Source: Octopus sinensis (taxonomy: Eukaryota). From it: a DNA stretch of 64,000 nucleotides. Both the position numbers and the translations under genes were made by a program. The notes beneath the pieces were generated by a model. That model ran no database searches and had not been told where the DNA came from. It saw only the letters and a program-made list of their open reading frames with translations. This document shows, one piece after another, positions 24,026 to 36,241 of this stretch (positions are counted from its first letter, which is position 1; every line of letters starts with the position of its first letter). Location of the stretch: NCBI RefSeq assembly GCF_006345805.1, contig NC_042998.1, positions 39,866,001 through 39,930,000 of the forward strand, in the 5' to 3' direction.

Positions 24026-24622
24026 TAAAATGTGATAAAGCAAATCCTGTTAGCAACTTGCATGTACATAAAAGGAGGAAAACAAGAATTGAAACTCAAA
24101 TAAAGGATTAGCAATGAAACAAAGGTCATGATATGATTAAACATAAACGTATAGATTCTTTTTTTTTAATGAATGTTGTTTTTATAACTAGCATTTCTAC
24201 AAGAGAAAAGAATGTCATTCAAGTCAAAACCATTTTCAGTTATAAAAAAATAGTAAAAGATGAAAGCAAAATAGAAAAAGTTTCAAGATTGCCAGATAGC
24301 CTATCATGCCATTTCTCTTTGTTACTTTACCCTGATTTGTTTTACAAGTGTTAAAAATTTTGAGACAGCTGTTAATATTTTCATGAATAGTTTTTTTATA
24401 TATATATAATACAATGGTTACAATGCCCATGCCTCAATTGCTTTTAGTCATCAAGACTGTCTAATGTCTTACTTTTAAGACATTTAACTGAGTCATAACC
24501 TAATAAATATAATTGAAACAAAAATGAAAACCTGTAGAAGGGAAAAAACCCAAATGTTTTAATGAAATACTTATGAAATTACTAAAACAAATGAATGCCC
24601 CATTTTCATTAATATTTTATTC

Positions 24623-24626
<4 letters not shown>

Positions 24627-24661
<35 letters not shown>
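24627..24661. repeat. Poly-T tract (~35 nt)
   Basis: Read directly from the sequence. Confidence 0.9.
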
Positions 24662-26871
24662 CAATTATAAATGCAGTAACTCAAAATGATATATACTTAG
24701 TATTTTCTCAAATTGTCCATGTTTGAATTATTTAGACAAAGCTGTACACTACATTTGACTTCAAAGATAATGCACAAAGTAAGACTGAGTTTATGAATTA
24801 TGATAAAATTAACATGCTTTATTTCTAATTGGTAATAAGATATAATATTTTCATTGCAATAGGATATAATAATCACATTTATCCACATGTAAATGCTTTT
24901 ACCATATCCTCTTTAGTCATCTGCTTTCAAGTTTTCAAAACGTGTGAGAGAAAGAGACAAATATCAAATATTTACAATCTTTGTATAGAATTTTATAATC
25001 AGTGCTGCTCATAAATGGCTGATCAGTCTTATTGATTTTTGTACAGAGAATATGGCAATTAAGATGTTCGTAGTTTTTCTCAAGGGCATCGTCAATGCTA
25101 CTGCAGAAAATATAGATTCAATCAATGTAAAAGACAAATTGGAAAGTAGATTGTTTTTCATTCCATGATAAATACAATGAGAATATATATTGTCTATTTA
25201 CCACTCATAAGTTAATTTGAAAAGACATGTCCAAGTGGTAAGATTGGTACAAAAGGCTTTCAATTTTGGCATCAAGAAATGGTTGGCAAAATATAGTGAA
25301 ATGTTCTGGAACAAGAAATTAATTTGTAAGCTAAATTTTGATTTGTAATTGTTTAACACCTTTGATATCAATTTACATGAGACTACATCTGGCCTATGAT
25401 GCAAAAACCTCATTATAAATTGCTGGGTCGGTTTTAACGTAAAACAGAATATTTGGGCTGGATATCGCTGGTTTAGATGCTAAAGGATTAAAATATTGAT
25501 GATGATACTGTAAAATATGTTTTTATTTTGTTTAAGTAAATATTCCAGATGAAAGCAAGCTGGCAAGTGATGAATTTTATGTTCTTGGTATAGAGTAGAC
25601 TGTTCTGTTCATAATAACATGTTTTAAATACTGTTCTGTTGATGGTATCATGTGTATGATGATCAGTACTACAAGTTTGTTAAAATAAACCATGTCCAGG
25701 AGACAGCATGTATGTAAAGATTTGTGTTGACTGGCAAGCTGCTGAACTGTGTTGCTGCTTACAACAATTTGGTATACCTGTTAATACAGCATCATGCATA
25801 TTGCTGATTAATTGATGAGATTCTTTTAAATCACTTCAGCCATTACATAAATTTTCATGGGCATGAGTCTACACTGTTGGCACATCACAAAACATAGTTC
25901 ACTCTTTTTAGGAGAGGTTCACTAAAAGTGCTATGTGAACACTGTACATCTACCAAAGATAAAAAAATTCTTTTATAATAATTATGTTCTTGGAGTATCA
26001 TAATATACGTTGTTGTAATTTGTTTACAGAGCTGATAATACACAGTCAGAAAGAAAAATTCAGATTGAACTCATTATGTATAGAAATAGCCTAAAGTTTG
26101 TATGTTTTGTAGTTATCCCAAAGTCCTGAGGTGCTATTGTAGATTCAGCACAGTAGCACACTATGTGACAACTACCATACATCAATTGATTTTTGTACAA
26201 CTACCATACATCACTTGATTAACCAGAAAATGATATAGTCATGGACTAGGTGTTATAAAAACTTTTAACTCTACCCAACTATACTTACTAAATTTAATAC
26301 TCAAGATTTTTTTTAATAGAGGTGAAAAGTTATGAAATGAAATAATTCAAAATAATTCTAACATGGATGCATTGTACAGCTGATGGCTGAAACTTATCTT
26401 TGCTCTACATCAGAGGGTTCACAATTCCCAGACTCTGGGGTCACACAGAGAATAAAATTTTAAATTTTATTTTCATTTTATTCACTATCACAGTCTGCAG
26501 AATTTTATTATAGTGTCCATAAATTATTTTTACAACTTCCACAATTTATATTATCTATATTTTGCATACAACCAATTGAGCCAAAATGGAAGTGTTCTGA
26601 TGTTTCTAATAAAACTTTATTTGTTTGCCTATGTTATCCAATAAACTCTGCTGAGTTATCCTTACTTTTCATTTTTTTCTGAACTTTTCAAATTGTAAAG
26701 GTAATTTATGGACACCCTATATATATGTATAACGTATATGTAATAATTAAATTATATGTTAAGCACTTTATTGCATTTTGTTAAACACATCATCCACCAA
26801 TCTGTAGGAAAATCATCTTGCATGATACCAGTCCATGATATTAAGGTTGAGGGTTGCTGCTCTACACAACT

Positions 26872-27048
26872 TAATTCTTTAACATTTAAACTGGCCAGAT
26901 CTGACCACTCACATCTAGCCTAAAATGTCATTTAAAAAATATACCTCAACATTGAAATCTCAAAGTTATGAGATAACGTATGGTGAACTGAAAATGATGT
27001 GAATAAATAAAGATTATGTTTGACAGAATATGAACGCTAAAGGGTTAA
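26872..27048 (-). mobile_element. Diverged piggyBac-like MITE, inverted orientation
   Basis: ttaattctttaacatttaaactggccagatctg ... gctaaagggttaa. Confidence 0.6.
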
Positions 27049-27929
27049 CTACAAATGGAATGATACTCTCTTCATTAACAGAAACTTTAATGCAGGTTTT
27101 TCTAAACATTATCATCCACTTTTACAGGTTATCAAAATTTATATCACAGTCAAGTGATATTTTTCTTCATTTATTGTTACTGTGATGATTTTAATCTAAA
27201 GTGATATTGCAGGTATGACTTTACAGTTAAGGAGTTTTGCTTCCCGGCTCCCTGTTTTAAATTCAGTACTTCTGAGTAGCACCTTCAGTAAATGTCTTCT
27301 ACTAGAGTTCCCAAGCTAACCAAAGCCTTGTTTGTGGATTTGGCTGATGGAAACTGAAATAAGTTCATTATTTATATATATATATATATGATTAGCTTCT
27401 TTCAGTTTCCATATATACACGTGTATGTGTTTATGCTTCCTTATGTTACATTGTGTGATAGTTGTTAAATGAGTGTCATCATCATAGAAGTAGTGTCTGT
27501 CATTTCCAAACCTTGCTTGGAAATGAGTGAAGGTTGGTGAAGGTAAGTCATCCAGCTATAGAATGGTTTTCTTCTAAACCATGGAAAAGTAATTGCTAAA
27601 AGGATGATGATGATGTCAGCTTCCAAACATACTTCTAAAATTAATTTACTGATCTGAAAGCTAAAATTAAGCAGATTACTCACCTGCAGCAATTCTGTTT
27701 TAAATCAACATTTTTGTGTCCTTATTCCCATCTCAGTATAGGATGAATGGGTCTGTTGCAGTCCTTTGTCATGTTTTTTCATTTCATGAGGTTAGGCTTC
27801 ACTAGTTCACTTCTTTTGCAATATTCTTCTGCTGGCTTCTTCCTCTTAAAATCTTTTGACACATTTTTTATACAATAATCTTCTTTCAAAGAAGTGAATT
27901 GGAGGTCATTAAAACATTAAATAGAATGA

Positions 27930-28680
27930 CTCATGGTATTAGTTCCAACTCTCTGTGCACTGAGTTCAAATCCTGCCATGGTCAACTTTACCTTTCATCC
28001 ATTCTGGGTTGATAAAATGCCAATTTAAGTGCTGGAATTAACATTATTAATGAAACCCTTCTCTTAAAATTGCTAGCCTTGTGCCTAAATCAAAAAACAT
28101 CATTATTATTATTATTAAGGCAGCAAGTTGGCGGAATCATTAATTAGCATGCCAGGCAAAATGCTTAGCAGCATTCTGAGTTCAAATTCCACAGAGGTCA
28201 ATAAAATAAGTACCAATTGAGCATTAGGGTCAATGTAATCAACTAGTCTCCCAAAATTTCAGGCGTTGTGCCTACAACAGAAAGGATTATTAAGCTAGCA
28301 GAATCATTAGCACACCAGAGAAAATGCTTAGTGATGTTTCTTCTGATTTTATCTTGTTCCAATTCAATTGAGGCCGACTTTACCTTTCATTCTACTAGCA
28401 GCAGTTGAACACTTGGCTTGATGTATTCAACTAGTCCCCTTCCACAAAATGTCAGGCCTTGTACCTATAGTAGAAAGGTTATCATCGAGACAAACTAGCA
28501 GACAAAATGTCATTTCTTGTTCTGAGTTCAAATGCTGCCAAGATTAACTTTGCCTTTCGTTGGGGTTGATGAAAAAAATACCAGTCCTGATCAGTGGAAT
28601 GGCAGAATTGTTAGAACATCAGACAGAATGCTGCATTTGTTCCAGCTCTGCATTCTCAGTTCAAATCCTACCCCATCACA
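27930..28680 (+). mobile_element. Cluster of head-to-tail, CpG-decayed fragments of the tRNA-derived SINE
   Basis: Recurrent ctgagttcaaat..., ctttcatcc..., gcagaatcattagcac and ggccttgtgccta segments. Confidence 0.65.
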
Positions 28681-28749
28681 AAAAAACAGACACTTCTGTC
28701 AGCAGTTTCATTAAATCATTGGAAACAGCCCCCTTGGTTCAATTGAAAG

Positions 28750-29560
28750 ATCAACTGCCATTATCATATGCATCACATGTCCATAAGTGCAATCTCTCTT
28801 GCACATTCCATCTGATTCTTCTTCTGCACAGTTTTCTTCTCAGCTCACCTGTTTATATGCATCCAGCAGAGCCTGTTGACCTTATTTCTTTCCACTCTAC
28901 ACATATATCAGTGTTTGTGTCTTACTATAATATAGCATATTATGTAAACAAGGAATTATTATCAACACAGGCAATAATTCCTTAAACTATTTCCACTATT
29001 ATTACATTATTCAGAGTAAGATGTGCTTTCATCACAGCCACTTCCACTGCTGATTAAGTCCATCAAATTATGAAAATTAACTACTTTAAGCTAATCTGCT
29101 AGGTAGTTGATAGATTTCATTTTTTGGAGTGAACTTATTGCTTGCTGCTTTTGTTCATCTAATGCATATGAAATTCTTCCTATCTTTGGACTGCCTGTTT
29201 TTTGAAGGGTGTCTTCATGTACCCATGGCTTGCATTGAGCATTCAGTACAGTTTCTAACTAATCCCTTGCTACACATCAAGATTGATCACTTCCTAAATG
29301 GCAGTAGTTTTCTTTCCCCACTTTTCCTCCAATTCAACAGACTGTTTGGAGATCAAGATCAACAATATACAGAAATGCACATGGACAGCCCGTTTTCTGC
29401 TCTCATGTTATGACTGTATACTATTATAAACAGAAGCAGGACTGAGAGGCAAGCCCTGATAAATACCTATCTGCATGCTAAACCCTTTACTGAGCTTCAT
29501 CTTGAGAGTAAGCATCCCTGTACATTGTATGGCCCTCACAAGCTATATATTCAAACTCAA
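28750..29560 (-). mobile_element. Highly decayed RTE reverse transcriptase fragment
   Basis: Minus remnants IGIYQGLPLSP..LFIIV...TGCP resemble RTE GVHQGSVLSPLLF/TGCPWELLYADD, with a VQER.. remnant near 28800. Confidence 0.55.
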
Positions 29561-32247
29561 TTTTGGGGCTCTGGATTGAGTTGAAAGTGTACTTGGAGAC
29601 TGTACCATCAGGTATGGCCAGGAAAGTCCATGGTCACCTCCACTTCTTCCAGATTAAATAATTAAGAAAAACTTAAATATGGGAAACAAACATCAAAAAG
29701 GTCTTGATAGAAATGCATTTAAAATTTTTTTTTTTATTCAGAACTCATTTGCACTACTTCAATTACAGGGTGAACCATAAAATTTAACATGCTTTAAACA
29801 AATTAAACTTTCATATGGAAATTTAATAAAAATTCTAAATCTGATACCAGCAATATACAAAGAACTTTGAAGTATTTTTTTACAAGGTGCAGGAGCAGCA
29901 GTATGGTAAGATTGTGAGTGGATCTGGTAAAAAAGAAAAAAAAAAACTCAAAGAAATCCACACACGCGTGTGCATATGCATGCATACATACACACAGTAA
30001 TCCCCTCAACTATCATGGGTGTTGCATTCCAACCCCGCCCCTGCGATAGGTGAAAATCTGTATATTTTTATAATTTGTATACATTATAGATGCAAAGCAC
30101 CATGGAGGAATCAGCATAAGCTTAAATAAACAATATGGTGAGGGATGTGTTTGTCCCCCACTCCACCCAACATTGATGACCAATGTTGGTGCATTTACTT
30201 CCCCATAACTTTGCAGTTCAGCAAAAGAGACCAATAAAATAAGTACTAGGGTTGATTTGATCAACTAAAAGGCAGTGCCCCAGCATAGCCACAGTTAAAT
30301 GACTGAAACCAGTAAAAAGAATAGTAAACAAGGTACAAAAAAAAAAAAAATCGTATCTTGGGAACCTGTGGTCCAGTTTACATGAAATTTGATTTATTAC
30401 ATTTGTATTCACATTTCGATGGTACCATACTGTCAAAGCATTTTTCCCCGTTTTGCACCAGTCTGGCTATTTATAAAAAGGTACCAAAAAAGAGTTGACT
30501 TTATTTGGCCTCTTCAGTGATGGAACCCAAATGTTTTGAACTAAACTGAAAAAAGTTTTCATATAGAAATCACTACACAAAACATTTTCTGGCTAACAAG
30601 AAAGCTAGCCATGTTAGAATTAAATAGCATCTTTGAAACGGCTTTAGATTAAAATACAGTAAAAAAATTTGTCAAAGTTAAGTTTAGTAAAACTATTCAA
30701 ATTTTGATTCTAAATGTTAGCAAAATTTACCTTAGAAGGTTCCCCTAAGATTTTCAAATTAACCACTGATAATTCAGTTAATGTACATGTTTTTGCATAG
30801 ATGTGAAGCCAATAACTTTATATTGCCTTCTTATGACCAGCATTTTTTTTTTTCTTTAGTTTCCTGTCAAAACTAGATAGTATTCAGTATGTAGTTTCAC
30901 TATTACCTTTTCCATGTGGATAAAGACTAAAATTTCTAAAGAAAAGGATCAAACCAGTTATATGCATCTCATTAGTGGTTACAACAAGGTGTTCTTGTAG
31001 GGAACATACCTTTGCAATGCTCAACAGTATTACTTGCAGCATCCAGCTCTTCACTAATATTTCAGCTGTGTATGCTTGCTAATAAAAGCATTACAGCATC
31101 CACTAGCATTTAATACTGAGTAAAAGGGGGAAGTGGCCATGCAGTTGCTCTATCAACAAGAATAACCTAATGTCTCCCAAATCGCTTAAAAAGAACACAG
31201 ATAATGTTATCCTAAAGATATAAATGAAAAGAAATAATCACCATTGAAATGCTTTTAACATATCCTTATCCAGAGGACCTGCTTGAGTCAATTCAATTAC
31301 TGATATGATTAAAAAAAAAAAAAAGATATTTAGCACCATTAACTGATTAATCTCTATAAACAATTAAAGATTAGAAGCAAATAGCCACAAGTAATTTTAA
31401 TTAAAATTTATTGAACTTTACTGATCAAATACTATGGCAAGAATAGCCATCACAAATTAATCTGAAATACATTTACAAAAACAAACGTTTTGCAAGAACC
31501 CCTTATCCTTATCAAAAGGGGGTTTTAAATTTTTAAATTTCACAATTCTTTATTGTCATGGGTATAAGGTAAATATTTTGATCATTGCGAAACCTGTAGT
31601 CATGGTTATAAATGGGATATTTTTACAGCAATTTCATATATAAGTAACCATCAAATCTTGTCTGTTTGGTTATTTAAAAAAAATCTGAGGTTTATGATCC
31701 AATTGCAACAACAAATATTTCCTGTATAAATTCCTTTATTTGTAGTGATAACTACACAATTAAATGACAATGCTATTTTAGTAATTAGTCCAGCACTGAT
31801 TATAAAAGCTACGTGAAATTGTATGAATATTTAAACCAATTCTTAAGTAGATTAGGTAAAACAAAATGCAAACCCTTAAAATATTAACTTGTATTTTCTA
31901 ATGGAATAAAATGAATAGATTAAAACTTGACAATTCAATCATATTATTGACTATATTTGAACAATCTATACAAAAGAAAATTGGAAGAGAAAAATAGAAA
32001 TTACATCCTTTGATGTCAACTTAAAAAGCATGAAAGAAAAAAATGATTCCAGAAAAGAATTAATCAAATACTAATGTTACGAACTTTGGAATAACTTTCA
32101 TTGTTGATGGATTTTGAAATTCAACTACCAATAACAAAAATGGTTTCATAAGTATGAGGTGGAGTTGTAAGAAAAAACGAAAATAACAGGTTTATATCTG
32201 TGAAACAAGTTTTTGTTTTGTTTTATTTTTCCCCGTTCACGTATAAT

Positions 32248-32321
32248 TCAGGAATTTTTGTATCCTCGAACCATAGCCAGAACAGAAATATTCCCGTTAT
32301 GCCATATGACGGAGCATTCAC
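32248..32321 (-). CDS. Unannotated gene, terminal coding exon (G)ECSVIWHNGNISVLAMVRGYKNS*
   Basis: Acceptor ttttattttag|, phase 1 matching the previous exon, TGA at 32250-32248, and AATAAA at 32227-32222. Confidence 0.7.
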
Positions 32322-32458
32322 CTAAAATAAAATATATTTAGTGGATTAATAAAAAAAATTGTTACATCACTAGAACAAGAAATATATCAGACGATAAAAT
32401 TTTATTGGTGTTTAAAATTCGATTTTATTTATAATGAATTTTATCTTTCTATAAATTT

Positions 32459-32875
32459 ATCTCTTTATTGCCCACAAGGGGCTAAACATAGAGGGGACAA
32501 ACAAGGACAGACAAAGGGATTAAGTCGATTACAACGACCGCAGTGCGAAACTGGTACTTTATTTATCGACCCCGAAAGGATGAAAGGCAAAGTCGACCTC
32601 GGCGGAATTTGAACTCAGAACGTAGCGGCAGACGAAATACCTATTTCTTTATTACCCACAAGGGGCTAAACATAGAGGGGACAAACAAGGACAGACATAG
32701 GTATTATGTCGATTACATCGACCCCAGTGCGTAACTGGTACTTAATTTATCGACCCCGAAAGGATGAAAGGCAAAGTCGACCTCGGCGGAATTTGAACTC
32801 ACAACGTAACAGCAGACGAAATACCGCTGAGCATTTCACCCGACGTGCTAACGATTCTGCCAGCTCGCTCGCCTT
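32459..32875 (-). mobile_element. Head-to-tail dimer of the tRNA-derived SINE (young, CpG intact)
   Basis: Two units (~32459-32640 and ~32642-32875) share gttctgagttcaaattccgccgaggtcgactttgcctttcatcctttcggggtcgataaa and a tail ending gccccttgtggg.aataaaga. The A/B-box-like head is in the second unit. Confidence 0.85.
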
Positions 32876-33585
32876 CTATAAATTTGTTTAGAGAAACATT
32901 GGAAAATTCACGAATGAAACAGAAATAAAGGGGAACAACTTTGATGGGCTTACTGGAAACTATCAACCCGCATTAAAAATTTTTTTAATTTAACCCTTTA
33001 ACTACCAACCCACCTGAAACTGCTTAACGTGTTTAAATTTAAGTTTTGGAGTGAAATTATTATTTGAAACAATTTTAACAAACATTTAAACTTTTCATAT
33101 TCTTTATTCTTCTCAATAGCTTGTCTTTCACGAATTAACTTTTGGTGTTAGGGGGTACTGAAGATAAAGGCAATGCTAACATAAAATATAGATTTCTAAT
33201 GTTAGCACAAATTTGAGAGGTGAGTAAAGTCGATAAAAACAACCCTCTGCTTGACATCATTTTATCGACAAAATTGTCGAGTAAAGTTGACCTCGGACTG
33301 AAAAGTAACTAAATACCAAAGCACGAAGTGGTGTACAGACCGGATAGAACTGCTACTTTATATACGTGTGCTTCTTGTAATCAAATATATGTTACGTTTA
33401 AGGAAGCCAATTTGGTTACTGGCAAAGTGGTCAAAACCCGCGCTACACCACGTTTAATCCACGACTAAATATTTTGATTGACGTTCTGACGGATTCTGCT
33501 ACTCCACTATCAAAATTATAGAATATTTACATCAAGCATCAGGAAGAATCAGTGTTCTAGTACATAATATAAAGAATAAAAATAC

Positions 33586-33660
33586 CTCTTGATGCAGGAT
33601 CTCCAGAAAACGTTGTTGCAACATATTGGTTAGGACTCCTTTGAGAAATGGTACACACAC
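33586..33660 (-). CDS. Unannotated gene, internal exon (75 nt, phase 1-1) (G)VCTISQRSPNQYVATTFSGDPASR
   Basis: Acceptor ctctttttatattgcag|, donor ag|gtattt, and an open frame continuous with both neighbours. Confidence 0.7.
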
Positions 33661-34674
33661 CTGCAATATAAAAAGAGATGTCATGCGTAGTAATTACATT
33701 GCTTTTGTCAGTTCTGATATCTGCTTCGTATTTTGGCAAGAATTGTTGTAAAATTAATCTAAAGTGATAAGATCTCGGCGAACCGGGTTACGAACTCGCT
33801 TCGATTTCAATGGAAGCTAAATCAGCTTATGCTGTTGATATCTTTGAAAATAGCAAGGAAAAATACATTCCATCTCCAATAAATAAGTGACTGAGTAAAG
33901 AAACAAGATAAGCTTCAGTTTTTCTTAGAGTAGCGAATAAAATATTTTGCAATGATTAGCTAAGTCCATAGTTTAAATCTCGTTGAGGTTGATTGAATTT
34001 TATTTTCCAGTATTCATGAAATAAAGCTCTAATCAAATACTAGTCAATGCCATTAACTATACTCCTCCCCTTAAATTTCTCCAGTTGTTCTCGAAAAAGG
34101 TTTTCAATTTCAATCTGTCTAATATATTTCGATAAAAGAGAAAATAATTAGGTCGTTTATCTCGATTTAGAGCTACTTGTTTAAAACAAACACCTGCTCA
34201 AAACACACGCAAGTTCAGATATAAAGTATAATTTTGTAAGATGTTTTCGATTTGACCAACATCAAAGTGCTGATTTATAAAAGAAAACAAACCAGAAACA
34301 TTGGTGTCAATGAATTTAACTAGGACTGGAAAACCATCGATTCAGCTTACACAACTGTCAAAGAGTCCCGGTATTTAATACGATTTAAACAACTGTACAA
34401 AATTCTACCATATTATATAATATATTTAATAAGATAGTTATAAAGGAGGGGTGGGGCTTTCAATTTGATTTTAAAATTCTTTGCCCGTTAATTCCAGCCA
34501 ATTTAGTTGATGAAAAATTTCGTCAAACAATTTAGAAGTTATATAATTATGAATGAAACCGGCAGAAAATACCAGAACGGTCAAAGTTTCTAAATATCAA
34601 AGACAAAAGGAAGTTTTATAATCTTTACATAAATAAAAACGAAGTTTATTTAGCATCAAACTGGATCGACTGAC

Positions 34675-34798
34675 CTTGATATCGGAGATTTCGCCAAAGT
34701 CGGAGATGTTGAAAAGACAAATTAATTATCCTGTCAGACCATTTCTGGGCAAGTTCTTTAATATAATTGCTGTGCGGGCCAATGACTTTCTCTATTGC
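34675..34798 (-). CDS. Unannotated gene, internal exon (124 nt, phase 0-1) AIEKVIGPHSNYIKELAQKWSDRIINLSFQHLRLWRNLRYQ
   Basis: Acceptor ttctcttttgccag|, donor aag|gtcagt, no stops. Confidence 0.7.
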
Positions 34799-35539
34799 CT
34801 GGCAAAAGAGAACATCGACAAGTTACAATTACTAAAACGGATTGTGAAATTCAAACGATGATTGGTATTGAATGTTAACTGTTTATAGTCGACTGCCCAT
34901 CATTACTTTTATATGTAGTAAACTACAAGAATAATCAAAAGTGACTGGATGGTTGATGTATTGATCTACTGGCTGACTGAAGGGGTTGACTTGCTTTATC
35001 CGAATCATTTATGTAATGTCAAAGACGAGAACGACAAATACCTTACGATCCCGCTGGATCAATACATACAAAATAGGTACTTAATTTAACTTAAACTACA
35101 CTTCTGTTGGATTTCTAATCCAATGTGAGAAAAAGTATAAAAAGCAGGCCGTAATTCTGTTTTAAAAGAGTCCCGGGACACTAATGTCGAAATTCTTTTG
35201 TTTAGATATGCTGCGATATGAAGTAAGAGTTAACTAATAACCTTCATTGCGTCTGTCTTCAACGAAAAATCCTAAAATCCGTGATTTAATCGTAAATTAC
35301 GTTTTTCAACCAGAGCTGTTCAGAAGCGGCATACCGCTGACAAAGGATATTCCGTCATTGTTGACGTCTCTCCTTATCTGGTGCCCTCATTTTCGCAATT
35401 ACTACGTTTGGAGTTAACTTAATTTTTGGACGAATGTGCAGGTTTATTTTCTTCACTAATTTTTGTTGTTACAATACATTTTTGTAAATTAACGGTCAAA
35501 GGAATATAACAGTTGAAATATATTAATATGTAATATCCT

Positions 35540-35750
35540 TTCCACTATAGGAAAAAGGCCTGAAATTTGGTGGGAGGGGGACTGTCGATTACATCGACTC
35601 CAGTGCTCGACTGGTACTAATTTTATTGACTCTGCAAGGATGAAAAGCAAAGACGATCTCGGCGGAATTCGAACTCAGAACGTAAAGACGGACGAAGTCA
35701 TTAAACATTTCACCCGGCGTGCTAACGACTCTGCCAATTCGCCGCCTTAC
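35540..35750 (-). mobile_element. tRNA-derived SINE copy
   Basis: gattacatcgactccagtgctcgactggtact...ggcggaattcgaactcagaacgtaaag matches the family. Confidence 0.75.
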
Positions 35751-36181
35751 ATTCATATGTAACATCAACGGCACTGATAATATAACAAACATAGACTTGG
35801 TATTCTGACAAAGCGAAACAAATACGTAAATTTGCAATGATTCAGTGAAAAGGAATATATTTTACACAAGAATAACAAAACAGTATTTTGATATAATCCA
35901 AGTTCCGGCTAGTCACATCGAATGATAAGGAACACATAATATTGTTTAAGATAAACAATTATTTGGTATTTCACTCGACAGGTAAATCCGGAGTTCGCTT
36001 CCTAGGATTTTATAGAGCATACAGAATACATATTCAAGACATTTCTTTTCATGATGTTTTGTGTGTATATGTGTATGTATGTATGTATCGCTTTTTATTC
36101 ATAAATCATATTTGAGGAATTTGAAATTAATTTAGATTTCGTCCCTTATAAAGAGATATTGGTAATCCATTTCATACTCAC

Positions 36182-36241
36182 ATCGATAATAATTTCAATT
36201 GCTTCCGCTGCATCGAATTCTACGTTTGATCTCGCATCCAC
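36182..36241 (-). CDS. Unannotated gene, internal exon (60 nt, phase 0-0) VDARSNVEFDAAEAIEIIID
   Basis: Acceptor ctttgccacttttag|, consensus donor |gtgagt, in frame with the next exon. Confidence 0.7.

Noticed and set aside
26168-26220. Direct repeat acaactaccatacatca(a/c)ttgatt x2
   Set aside because: A simple short duplication with no match to a small RNA I recognise.
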